A stretch of 64,000 bases of DNA from the NCBI RefSeq assembly GCF_009914755.1, contig NC_060948.1; one strand, 5' to 3'. Position numbers and translations under genes: made by a program. Below are positions 1-12,160 of this stretch, piece by piece (position 1 is the first letter of the stretch; each line of letters opens with the position of its first letter). The stretch comes from the human T2T-CHM13v2.0 reference genome, Homo sapiens. Below the pieces are notes generated by a model. That model was not told the DNA's origin. It saw only the letters and a program-made list of their open reading frames with translations, and did no database searches.

Positions 1-2014
1 TGGACTGCAATGGAATGGAATGGAAGGGATTGGAATGGACTCGAATGGAATGGACTGCAATAGAAAGGATTCGAATGGCATGAAAAAGAATTGAATGTAA
101 TAGAACAGAATGGAATCAAATCGAATGAAATGGAATGGAATAGAAAGGAATGGAATGAAATGGAATGGAAAGGATTCGAATGGAATGCAATCGAATGGAA
201 TGGAATCGAACGGAATGGAATAAAATGGAAGCAAACTGGCAAGAAATGGAATCGAAATGAATGGAGTGTTATGGATCGGACTCAAAAGGAATTGAATGTA
301 ATAGAATGGAGTGGAGTGGACTCGAATATAATGGACTGGAATGGAATGAAATCACATGGAATGGGAACGAATGGAATGGAATGGAAAGGAATGGAATCGA
401 ATGGAAAGGAATCGAATGGAAGGGAATGAAATTGAATCAACAGGAATGGAAGGGAATAGAATAGACGGTAATGGAATGGACTCGAATAGAATGGACACGA
501 ATGCTCAAATTGAATGGACTCGAATGGAATGGAAACGAAAGGAATGTCATCGAATGGAATTGAATCGATTGGAATGAAATCGCATAGAATGGAGTGGAAC
601 CAAATGGGATTGAATCGAAAGGAAAGGAAGCGAATGGACTGAAATGAAATGGAATGGAATTGAATGGAAAGTAATGCAATGGAATAGAATGGAACGAAAT
701 TTCACGGAATGGAATCAAACTGAATGGAATCAAATCAATGGAATATAATCAAATGGAATGGAAAGGAATTGAATGGAGTAGATGGGATTGGATGGGATTG
801 GAATGAAATGTACTGGAAAGGACTCGAATTTTATGAAACGGAATGGAATGAATTGGAACGGAATGGACTCGAATGGAATGGAATGTCATGGAATGGCATC
901 AAATGGAATGGAATCGAATGCAATGGAATGCTATGGAATGGAATGGAATGCATTGGAATGGAACGTCCTATAATGGAATGGATTCGAGTGGAATGGAATC
1001 GAATATAATGCAGTCGAATGAAATGGAATTGAAAGGAATGGGATCGAATACAATGGAATATAGCGGAATGTAATGTAATGAACTCGAATGTAATTGACTG
1101 GAATGGAATGTACATGAATGGAATGTAATCGAATGGAAAGTAATCCAATGGAATAGAATCTAATGCAATAAAATCGACTCAGATAGAGTAGAATGTAATG
1201 GAATGGAGTGCAGTGCAATGGAATGGAATGGAATGGAATGCAATGGAATGGAATGGAATGGAATGGAATGGAATGGGATGGAATGGTATGGAATGGATAG
1301 TAATGGACTGGAGTGAAATGGACTGGAAAGGAATGGACTCAAATTGAAAGGGCTCGAAAGGAATGGGGTCAAATGGAATGGTCTGGAATGGAATGAACAC
1401 GAATGTAATGCAATCCAATAGAATGGAATCGAATGGCATGGAATATAAAGAAATGGAATCAAAGAGAACGGAAACAAACGGAATGGAATTGAATGGAATG
1501 GAATTGAATGGAATGGGAACGAATGGAGTGAAATTGTATGCAGTAGAAGAGAATAGAATGGAATGCAAGCGAAAGGAAAGGAATGGATTGGAATGGAATG
1601 GAATTCATTGGAATGGAAGGGAATGTAGTGTAATGGACAGGCCTGGAATAAAGTGGAATGCTACGGTTTCGAATGGAATAAAAATGTATGGAATGGAATG
1701 CAATGAAACGGAATCGAATGTCATAGAATGTAATGGAATGCAAAAAAATGGAATCCAAAATCATTGACTGGAAAGGCTGGGTGTCGAAAGGAATTGACTC
1801 CAATGGAATGGAATCGAATGGAATGGAAGTGAATAGAATCGAACTAAATCCAATGGAATGGAATTGATAGGAACGGAATGGAAAGGAATGAAATGATTTG
1901 GCATGGAATGGAATCGAATGGCATCGAATGGAATGGAATGGAATGCAATGCAATGGAATGTATTAGAATGTAATGAATTTTAGTGGAATGTACTCGAATG
2001 GATTCGACTGGAAT

Positions 2015-2029
2015 GGAATGTTCTGGAAT
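2015..2029. promoter_or_regulatory. Perfect 3-unit heat shock element (gGAAtgTTCtgGAAt), DYZ1 site 1
   Basis: Exact match to nGAAnnTTCnnGAAn. Recurs at 5559, 10619, ~14152 and inverted at 45890, 48515, 51140; mutated at 9073. Binding is not shown by sequence alone. Confidence 0.6.
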
Positions 2030-2294
2030 TTAATGCACTCCAATGGAATGGATTGAAAAGGAATGGAATCGTACGGAATGGAATCTAATGGAATGGAATT
2101 AAATGGAAATGAATCAAATTGAATAGCACGGAATTGAATTGAATGGAATCGAATGCAATGGAATCTAATGAAACGGAAAGGAAAGGAATGGAACGGAATG
2201 CAATGGGCTGGAATGGAAAGGAATCGAAACGAATGGAATGGAATCGAACTGAAGAGACTGGAATGGAATGCACTGGAATGGAAGGGAGTGTAAT

Positions 2295-2309
2295 GGAAGG
2301 TTCTCGAAA
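2295..2309. promoter_or_regulatory. Perfect 3-unit heat shock element (gGAAggTTCtcGAAa), DYZ1 site 2
   Basis: Exact match to nGAAnnTTCnnGAAn. Recurs at 5839, 9353, 10899, ~14432 and inverted at 45610, 48235, 50860; disrupted near 60575. Confidence 0.6.
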
Positions 2310-3315
2310 AAAATGGAATCGAATGGAATGGAATTGAATGGAACGGAATAGAGTCGAATGGAATTGAATGGAATGGAATGGACTAGAGTGAAATGGAATC
2401 GAACCACAAGGAATGGACAGGAATAGAATGGTCTCGAATTGAATGGAATCGTATGGAATGGCATCAAACGGAATGGAATGGACAGCCACGGAATGGAATG
2501 CACTCGAATGCAATGGAGTCGAAACTAATGGACTGGAATAGAATGGACTCGACTGGTACGGACTCCAATGGAATGGAATCGAATGGAAGGGAATCGAACG
2601 GAATGGACTCGAAGGGAAAAGACTGCAATGGAAAGGTCTCGAATGGAATGGAAATTAATGGAATGGAATGGAATCGAATGAAATGGAGTCAAAAGGAATG
2701 GAATCGAATGGCAAGAAATCGAATGTAATGGAATCGCAAGGAATTGATGTCAACGGAACGGAATGGAATGGAATCCAAAGAAATGGAATAGAATGGAATG
2801 GAATCTAATGGAAAGGACTCGAATGGAAATCACTCGAATAGAATGCAATTCAATAAAATAGGATGAAATGTAATGGAATGGAATGGAAAGGAATCGAAAC
2901 GAAAGGAATGGAGACAGATGGAATGGAATGGAACAGAGAGCAATGGTATAGAATGGAATGGAATCATCTGGAATGGAATTGAATGGAATGGAATAATATG
3001 AAATGGAATGGAATGGAATGGAATGCCCTTGAATTAAATGGACTGGAATGGAATGGACTCGAACAGAGTGGAATGGAAAGTGTTGAGATAGAATGGAATG
3101 GACTCGTTTGGAATGGTCTAGTATGCAATGCAATCGACTGGCAGGGAATCAAAAGGAATGTAATCGAATGGATTGGACTGGAATGCAATGGACTCGAATA
3201 GATTGGAAACGGAATGCAAAGGAATGGAATGGAATAGTATGGAATGGAATGGAAAGGAATGGAGTGGAATAGACTAGAGAAGAATGGAATGGACTCGAAA
3301 GCAATGGACTGGAAT

Positions 3316-3330
3316 GGAACTTTCTTGAAT
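3316..3330. promoter_or_regulatory. Perfect 3-unit heat shock element (gGAActTTCttGAAt), DYZ1 site 3
   Basis: Exact match to nGAAnnTTCnnGAAn. Recurs at 6810, 10324, 11920, ~15452 and inverted at 44590, 47214, 49839. Confidence 0.6.
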
Positions 3331-6300
3331 GGACTGGAATCAAACGGAATGGAATGCAATGCAATCAAATGGCATGGAATAAAATAGAATGAAAGAGAAT
3401 CAAATGGAATTGAATCGAATGGAATCGAATGGATTGGAAAGGAATAGAATGGAATGGAATGGAATTGATTCAAATGGAATGGACTAGAATGGAATGGATT
3501 CGAATGGAAGGCAAAGGAATGGAATCTATTGGAATGGACTGCAATGGAATGGAATGGAAGGGATTGGAATGGACTCGAATGGAATGGACTGCAATAGAAA
3601 GGATTCGAATGGCATGAAAAAGAATTGAATGTAATAGAACAGAATGGAATCAAATCGAATGAAATGGAATGGAATAGAAAGGAATGGAATGAAATGGAAT
3701 GGAAAGGATTCGAATGGAATGCAATCGAATGGAATGGAATCGAACGGAATGGAATAAAATGGAAGCAAACTGGCAAGAAATGGAATCGAAATGAATGGAG
3801 TGTTATGGATCGGACTCAAAAGGAATTGAATGTAATAGAATGGAGTGGAGTGGACTCGAATATAATGGACTGGAATGGAATGAAATCACATGGAATGGGA
3901 ACGAATGGAATGGAATGGAAAGGAATGGAATCGAATGGAAAGGAATCGAATGGAAGGGAATGAAATTGAATCAACAGGAATGGAAGGGAATAGAATAGAC
4001 GGTAATGGAATGGACTCGAATAGAATGGACACGAATGCTCAAATTGAATGGACTCGAATGGAATGGAAACGAAAGGAATGTCATCGAATGGAATTGAATC
4101 GATTGGAATGAAATCGCATAGAATGGAGTGGAATCAAATGGAATTGAATCGAAAGGAAAGGAAGCGAATGGACTGAAATGAAATGGAATGGAATTGAATG
4201 GAAAGTAATGCAATGGAATAGAATGGAACGAAATTTCACGGAATGGAATCAAACTGAATGGAATCAAATCAATGGAATCTAATCAAATGGAATGGAAAGG
4301 AATTGAATGGAGTAGATGGGAATGGATGGGATTGGAATGAAATGTACTGGAAAGGACTCGAATTTCATGAAACGGAATGGAATGAATTGGAATGGAATGG
4401 ACTCGAATGGAATGGAATGTCATGGAATGGCATCAAATGGAATGGCATCAAATGGAATGGAATCGAATGCAATGGAATGCTATGGAATGGAATGGAATGC
4501 ATTGGAATGGAATGTCCTCTAATGGAATGGATTCGAGTGGAATGGAATCGAATATAAAGGAGTCGAATGAAATGGAATTGAAAGGAATGGGATCGAATAC
4601 AATGGAATATACTGGAATGTAATGTAATGAACTCGAATGTAATTGACTGGAATGGAATGTACATGAATGGAATGTAATCGAATGGAAAGTAATCCAATGG
4701 AATAGAATCTAATGCAATAAAATCGATTCAGATAGAGTAGAATGTAATGGAATGGAGTGCAGTGCAATGGAATGGAATGGAATGGAATGCAATGGAATGG
4801 AATGGAATGCAATGGAATGGGATGGAATGGTATGGAATGGATAGTAATGGACAGGAGTGAAATGGACTGGAAAGGAATGGACTCAAATTTAAAGGGCTCG
4901 AAAGGAATGGAGTCAAATGGAATGGTCTGGAATGGAATGAACACGAATGTAATGCAATCCAAGAGAATGGAATCGAATGGCATGGAATATAAAGAAATGG
5001 AATCGAAGAGAATGGAAACAAACGGAATGGAATTGAATGGAATGGAATTGAATGGAATGGGAACGAATGGAGTGAAATTGTATGCAGTAGAAGAGAATAG
5101 AATGGAATGCAAGCGAAAGGAAAGGAATGGATTGGAATGGAATGGAATTCATTGGAATGGAAGGGAATGTAGTGTAATGGACAGGCCTGGAATAAAGTGG
5201 AATGCTACGGTCTCGAATGGAATAAAAATGTATGGAACGGAATGCAATGAAACGGAATCGAATGTCATAGAATGTAATGGAATGCAAAAAAATGGACTCC
5301 TAAATCATTGACTGGAAAGGCTGGGTTTCGAAAGGAATTGACTCCAATGGAATGGAATCGAATGGAATGGAAGTGAATAGAATCGAACTAAATCGAATGG
5401 AATGGAATTGATAGGAACGGAATGGAAAGGAATGAAATGATTTGGCATGGAATGGAATCGAATGGCATCGAATGGAATGGAATGGAATGCAAAGCAATGG
5501 AATGTATTAGAATGTAATGAACTTTAATGGAATGTACTCGAATGGATTCGACTGGAATGGAATGTTCTGGAAGTGAATGCACTCCAATGGAATGGATCCA
5601 AAAGGAATGGAATCATACAGAATGGAATCTAATGGAATGGAATTAAATGGAAATGAATCAAATTGAATAGCACGGAATTGAATTGAATGGAATCGAATGC
5701 AATGGAATCTAATGAAACGGAAAGGAAAGGAATGGAATGGAATGGAATGGGCTGGAATGGAAAGGAATCGAAACGAATGGAATGGAATCGATCTGAAGAG
5801 ACTGGAATGGAATGCACTGGAATGGAAGGGAGTGTAATGGAAGGTTCTCGAAAAACATGGAATCGAATGGAATGGAATTGAATGGAACGGAATAGACTCG
5901 AATGGAATTGAATGGAATGGAATGGACTAGAGTGAAATGGAATCGTATGGAATGACATCAAACGGAATGGAATGTACAGCCACGGAATGGAATGCACTCG
6001 AATGCAATGGAGTCGAAACTAATGGACTGGAGTAGAATGGACTCGACTGGTACGGACTCCAATGGAATGGAATAGAATGGAAGGGAATCGAACGGAATGG
6101 ACTCGAAGGGAAAAGACTGCAATGGAAAGGTCTCGAATGGAATGGAAATTAATGGAATGGAATGGAATCGAATGAAATGGAGTCAAAAGGAATGGAATCG
6201 AATGGCAAGAAATCGAATGTAATGGAATCGCAAGGAATGGATGTGAACGGAACGGAATGGAATGGAATCCAAAGGAATGGAATAGAATGGAATGGAATCG

Positions 6301-9300
6301 AATGGAAAGGACTCGAATGGAAATCACTCGAATAGAATGCAATTTAATAAAATAGGATGAAATGTAATGGAATGGAATGGAAAGGAATCGAAACGAAAGG
6401 AATGGAGACAGATGGAATGGAATGGAACAGAGAGCAATGGTATAGAATGGAATGGAATCATCTGGAATGGAATTGAATGGAATGGAATAATATGAAATGG
6501 AATGGAATGGAATGGAATGCCCTTGAATTAAATGGACTGGAATGGAATGGACTCGAACAGAGTGGAATGGAAAGTGTTGAGATGGAATGGAATGGACTCG
6601 TTTGGAATGGTCTAGTATGCAATGCAATCGACTGGCAGGGAATCAAAAGGAATGTAATCGAATGGATTGGACTGGAATGCAATGGACTCGAATACATTGG
6701 AAACGGAATGCAAAGGAATGGAATGGAATAGTATGGAATGGAATGGAAAGGAATGGAGTGGAATAGACTAGAGTGGAATGGAATGGACTCGAAAGCAATG
6801 GACTGGAATGGAACTTTCTTGAATGGACTGGAATCAAACGGAATGGAATGCAATGCAATCAAATGGCATGGGATAAAATAGAATGAAAGAGAATCAAATG
6901 GAATTGAATCGAATGGAATCGAATGGATTGGAAAGGAATAGAATGGAATGGAATGGAATTGATTCACATGGAATGGACTAGAATGGAATGGATTCGAATG
7001 GAAGGCAAAGGAATGGAATCTATTGGAATGGACTGCAATGGAATGGAATGGAAGGGATTGGAATGGACTCGAATGGAATGGACTGCAATAGAAAGGATTC
7101 GAATGGCATGAAAAAGAATTGAATGGAATAGAACAGAATGGAATCAAATCGAATGAAATGGAATGGAATAGAAAGGAATGGAATGAAATGGAATGGAAAG
7201 GATTCGAATGGAATGCAATCGAATGGAATGGAATCGAACGGAATGGAATAAAATGGAAGCAAACTGGCAAGTAATGGAATCGAAATGAATGGAGTGTTAT
7301 GGATCGGACTCAAAATGAATTGAATGTAATAGAATGGAGTGGAGTGGACTCGAATATAATGGACTGGAATGGAATGAAATCACATGGAATGGGAACGAAT
7401 GGAATGGAATGGAAAGGAATGGAATCGAATGGAAAGGAATCGAATGGAAGGGAATGAAATTGAATCAACAGGAATGGAAGGGAATAGAATAGACGGTAAT
7501 GGAATGGACTCGAATAGAATGGACACGAATGCTCAAATTGAATGGACTCGAATGGAATGGAAACGAAAGGAATGTCATCGAATGGAATTGAATCGATTGG
7601 AATGAAATCGCATAAAATGGAGTGGTATCAAATGGAATTGAATCGAAAGGAAAGGAAGCGAATGGACTGAAATGAAATGGAATGGAATTGAATGGAAAGT
7701 AATGCAATGGAATAGAATGGAACGAAATTTCACGGAATGGAATCAAACTGAATGGAATCAAATCAATGGAATATAATCAAATGGAATGGAAAGGAATTGA
7801 ATGGAGTAGATGGGATTGGATGGGATTGGAATGAAATGTACTGGAAAGGACTCGAATTTCATGAAACGGAATGGAATGAATTGGAATGGAATGGACTCGA
7901 ATGGAATGGAATGTCATGGAATGGCATCAAATGGAATGGCATCAAATGGAATGGAATCGAATGCAATGGAATGCTATGGAATGGAATGGAATGCATTGGA
8001 ATGGAATGTCCTCTAATGGAATGGATTCGAGTGGAATGGAATCGAATATAATGGAGTCGAATGAAATGGAATTGAAAGGAATGGGATCGAATACAATGGA
8101 ATATACTGGAATGTAATGTAATGAACTCGAATGTAATTGACTGGAATGGAATGTACATGAATGGAATGTAATCGAATGGAAAGTAATCCAATGGAATAGA
8201 ATCTAATGCAATAAAATCGATTCAGATAGAGTAGAATGTAATGGAATGGAGTGCAGTGCAATGGAATGGAATGGAATGGAATGCAATGGAATGGAATGGA
8301 ATGCAATGGAATGGGATGGAATGGTATGGAATGGATAGTAATGGACTGGAGTGAAATGGACTGGAAAGGAATGGACTGAAATTGAAAGGGCTCGAAAGGA
8401 ATGGAGTCAAATGGAATGGTCTGGAATGGAATGAACACGAATGTAATGCAATCCAAGAGAATGGAATCGAATGGCATGGAATATAAAGAAATGGAATCGA
8501 AGAGAATGGAAACAAACGGAATGGAATTGAATGGAATGGAATTGAATGGAATGGGAACGAATGGAGTGAAATTGTATGCAGTAGAAGAGAATAGAATGGA
8601 ATGCAAGCGAAAGGAAAGGAATGGATTGGAATGGAATGGAATTCATTGGAATGGAATGGAATTCATTGGAATGGAAGGGAATGTAGTGTAATGGACAGGC
8701 CTGGAATAAAGTGGAATGCTACGGTCTCGAATGGAATAAAAATGTATGGAATGGAATGCAATGAAACGGAATCGAATGTCATAGAATGTAATGGAATGCA
8801 AAAAAATGGAATCCAAAATCATTGACTGGAAAGGCTGGGTTTCGAAAGGAATTGACTCCAATGGAATGGAATCGAATGGAATGGAAGTGAATAGAATCGA
8901 ACTAAATCGAATGGAATGGAATTGATAGGAACGGAATGGAAAGGAATGAAATGATTTGGCATGGAATGGAATCGAATGGCATCGAATGGAATGGAATGGA
9001 ATGCAATGGAATGGAATGTATTAGAATGTAATGAACTTTAATGGAATGTACTCGAATGGATTCGACTGGAATGGAATGTTCTGTAAGTGAATGCACTCCA
9101 ATGGAATGGATCCAAAAGGAATGGAATCATACAGAATGGAATCTAATGGAATGGAATTAAATGGAAATGAATCAAATTGAATAGCACGGAATTGAATTGA
9201 ATGGAATCGAATGCAATTGAATCTAATGAAACGGAAAGGAAAGGAATGGAATGGAATGGAATGGGCTGGAATGGAAAGGAATCGAAACGAATGGAATGGA

Positions 9301-10547
9301 ATCGAACTGAAGAGACTGGAATGGAATGCACTGGAATGGAAGGGAGTGTAATGGAAGGTTCTCGAAAAACATGGAATCGAATGGAATGGAATTGAATGGA
9401 ACGGAATAGAGTCGAATGGAATTGAATGGAATGGAATGGACTAGAGTGAAATGGAATCGTATGGAATGGCATCAAACGGAATGGAATGGACAGCCACGGA
9501 ATGGAATGCACTCGAATGCAATGGAGTCGAAACTAATGGACTGGAGTAGAATGGACTCGACTGGTACGGACTCCAATGGAATGGAATCGAATGGAAGGGA
9601 ATCGAACGGAATGGACTCGAAGGGAAAAGACTGCAATGGAAAGGCCTCGAATGGAATGGAAATTAATGGAATGGAATGGAATCGAATGAAATGGAGTCAA
9701 AAGGAATGGAATCGAATGGCAAGAAATCGAATGTAATGGAATCGCAAGGAATTGATGTGAACGGAACGGAATGGAATGGAATCCAAAGAAATGGAATAGA
9801 ATGGAATGGAATCGAATGGAAAGGACTCGAATGGAAATCACACGAATAGAATGCAATTTAATAAAATAGGATGAAATGTAATGGAATGGAATGGAAAGGA
9901 ATCGAAACGAAAGGAATGGAGACAGATGGAATGGAATGGAACAGAGAGCAATGGTATAGAATGGAATGGAATCATCTGGAATGGAATTGAATGGAATGGA
10001 ATAATATGAAATGGAATGGAATGGAATGGAATGCCCTTGAATTAAATGGACTGGAATGGAATGGACTCGAACAGAGTGGAATGGAAAGTGTTGAGATAGA
10101 ATGGAATGGACTCGTTTGGAATGGTCTAGTATGCAATGCAATCGACTGGCAGGGAATCAAAAGGAATGTAATCGAATGGATTGGACTGGAATGCAATGGA
10201 CTCGAATAGATTGGAAACGGAATGCAAAGGAATGGAATGGAATAGTATGGAATGGAATGGAAAGGAATGGAGTGGAATAGACTAGAGTGGAATGGAATGG
10301 ACTCGAAAGCAATGGACTGGAATGGAACTTTCTTGAATGGACTGGAATCAAACGGAATGGAATGCAATGCAATCAAATGGCATGGAATAAAATAGAATGA
10401 AAGAGAATCAAATGGAATTGAATCGAATGGAATCGAATGGATTGGAAAGGAATAGAATGGAATGGAATGGAATTGACTCAAATGGAATGGACTAGAATGG
10501 AATGGATTCGAATGGAAGGCAAAGGAATGGAATCTATTGGAATGGAC

Positions 10548-12160
10548 TGCAATGGAATGGAATGTATTAGAATGTAATGAACTTTAATGGAATGTACTCG
10601 AATGGATTCGACTGGAATGGAATGTTCTGGAAGTGAATGGACTCCAATGGAATGGATTCGAAAGGAATGGAATCGAACAGAATGGAATCTAATGGACTGG
10701 AATTAAATGGAAATGAATCAAATTGAATAACACGGAATTGAATTGAATGGAATCGAATGCAATGGAATCTAATGAAACGGAAAGGAAAGGAATGGAATGG
10801 AATGGAATGGGCTGGAATGGAATGGAATCGAAACGAATGGAATGGAATCGAACTGAAGAGACTGGAATGGAATGCACTGGAATGGAAGGGAGTGTAATGG
10901 AAGGTTCTCGAAAAAAATGGAATCGAATGGAATGGAATTGAATGGAACGGAATAGAGTCGAATGGAATTGAATGGAATGGAATGGATTAGAGTGAAATGG
11001 AATCGAACCACAAGGAATGGACAGGAATAGAATGGTCTCGAATTGAACGGAATCGTATGGAATGGCATCAAACGGAATGGAATGGACAGCCACGGAATGG
11101 AATGCACTCGAATGCAATGGAGTCGAAACTAATGGACTGGAATAGAATGGACTCGACTGGTACGGACTCCAATGGAATGGAATCGAATGGAAGGGAATCG
11201 AACGGAATGGACTCGAAGGGAAAAGACTGCAATGTAAAGGTCTCGAATGGAATGGAAATTAATGGAATGGAATGGAATCGAATGAAATGGAGTCAAAAGG
11301 AATGGAATCGAATGGCAAGAAATCGAATGTAATGGAATCGCAAGGAATTGATGTGAACGGAACGGAATGCAATGGAATCCAAAGGAATGGAATAGAATGG
11401 AATGGAATCGAATGGAAAGGACTCGAATGGAAATCACTCGAATAGAATGCAATTTAATAAAATAGGATGAAATGTAATGGAATGGAATGGAAAGGAATCG
11501 AAACGAAAGGAATGGAGACAGATGGAATGGAATGGAACAGAGAGCAATGGTATAGAATGGAATGGAATCATCTGGAATGGAATTGAATGGAATGGAATAA
11601 TATGAAATGGAATGGAATGGAATGGAATGCCCTTGAATTAAATGGACTGGAATGGAATGGACTCGAACAGAGTGGAATGGAAAGTGTTGAGATAGAATGG
11701 AATGGACTCGTTTGGAATGGTCTAGTATGCAATGCAATCGACTGGCAGGGAATCAAAAGGAATGTAATCGAATGGATTGGACTGGAATGCAATGGACTCG
11801 AATAGATTGGAAACGGAATGCAAAGGAATGGAATGGAATAGTATGGAATGGAATGGAAAGGAATGGAGTGGAATAGACTAGAGAAGAATGGAATGGACTC
11901 GAAAGCAATGGACTGGAATGGAACTTTCTTGAATGGACTGGAATCAAACGGAATGGAATGCAATGCAATCAAATGGCATGGAATAAAATAGAATGAAAGA
12001 GAATCAAATGGAATTGAATCGAATGGAATCGAATGGATTGGAAAGGAATAGAATGGAATGGAATGGAATTGACTCAAATGGAATGGACTGGAATGGAATG
12101 GATTCGAATGGAAGGCAAAGGAATGGAATCTATTGGAATGGACTGTAATGGAATGAAATG
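10548..12160 (+). repeat. Truncated ~1.6 kb DYZ1 unit
   Basis: Landmark spacing drops to 1596 bp (ORF-track entries 10157 and 11753). At 10548-10564 the sequence jumps back to an earlier phase of the unit. Confidence 0.88.

Noticed and set aside
695-710. Additional partial HSE-like motifs (GAAatTTCacGGA at ~696; TTCatGAA at ~4364)
   Set aside because: Only two correctly spaced units, which is expected by chance on a GAA-periodic background.
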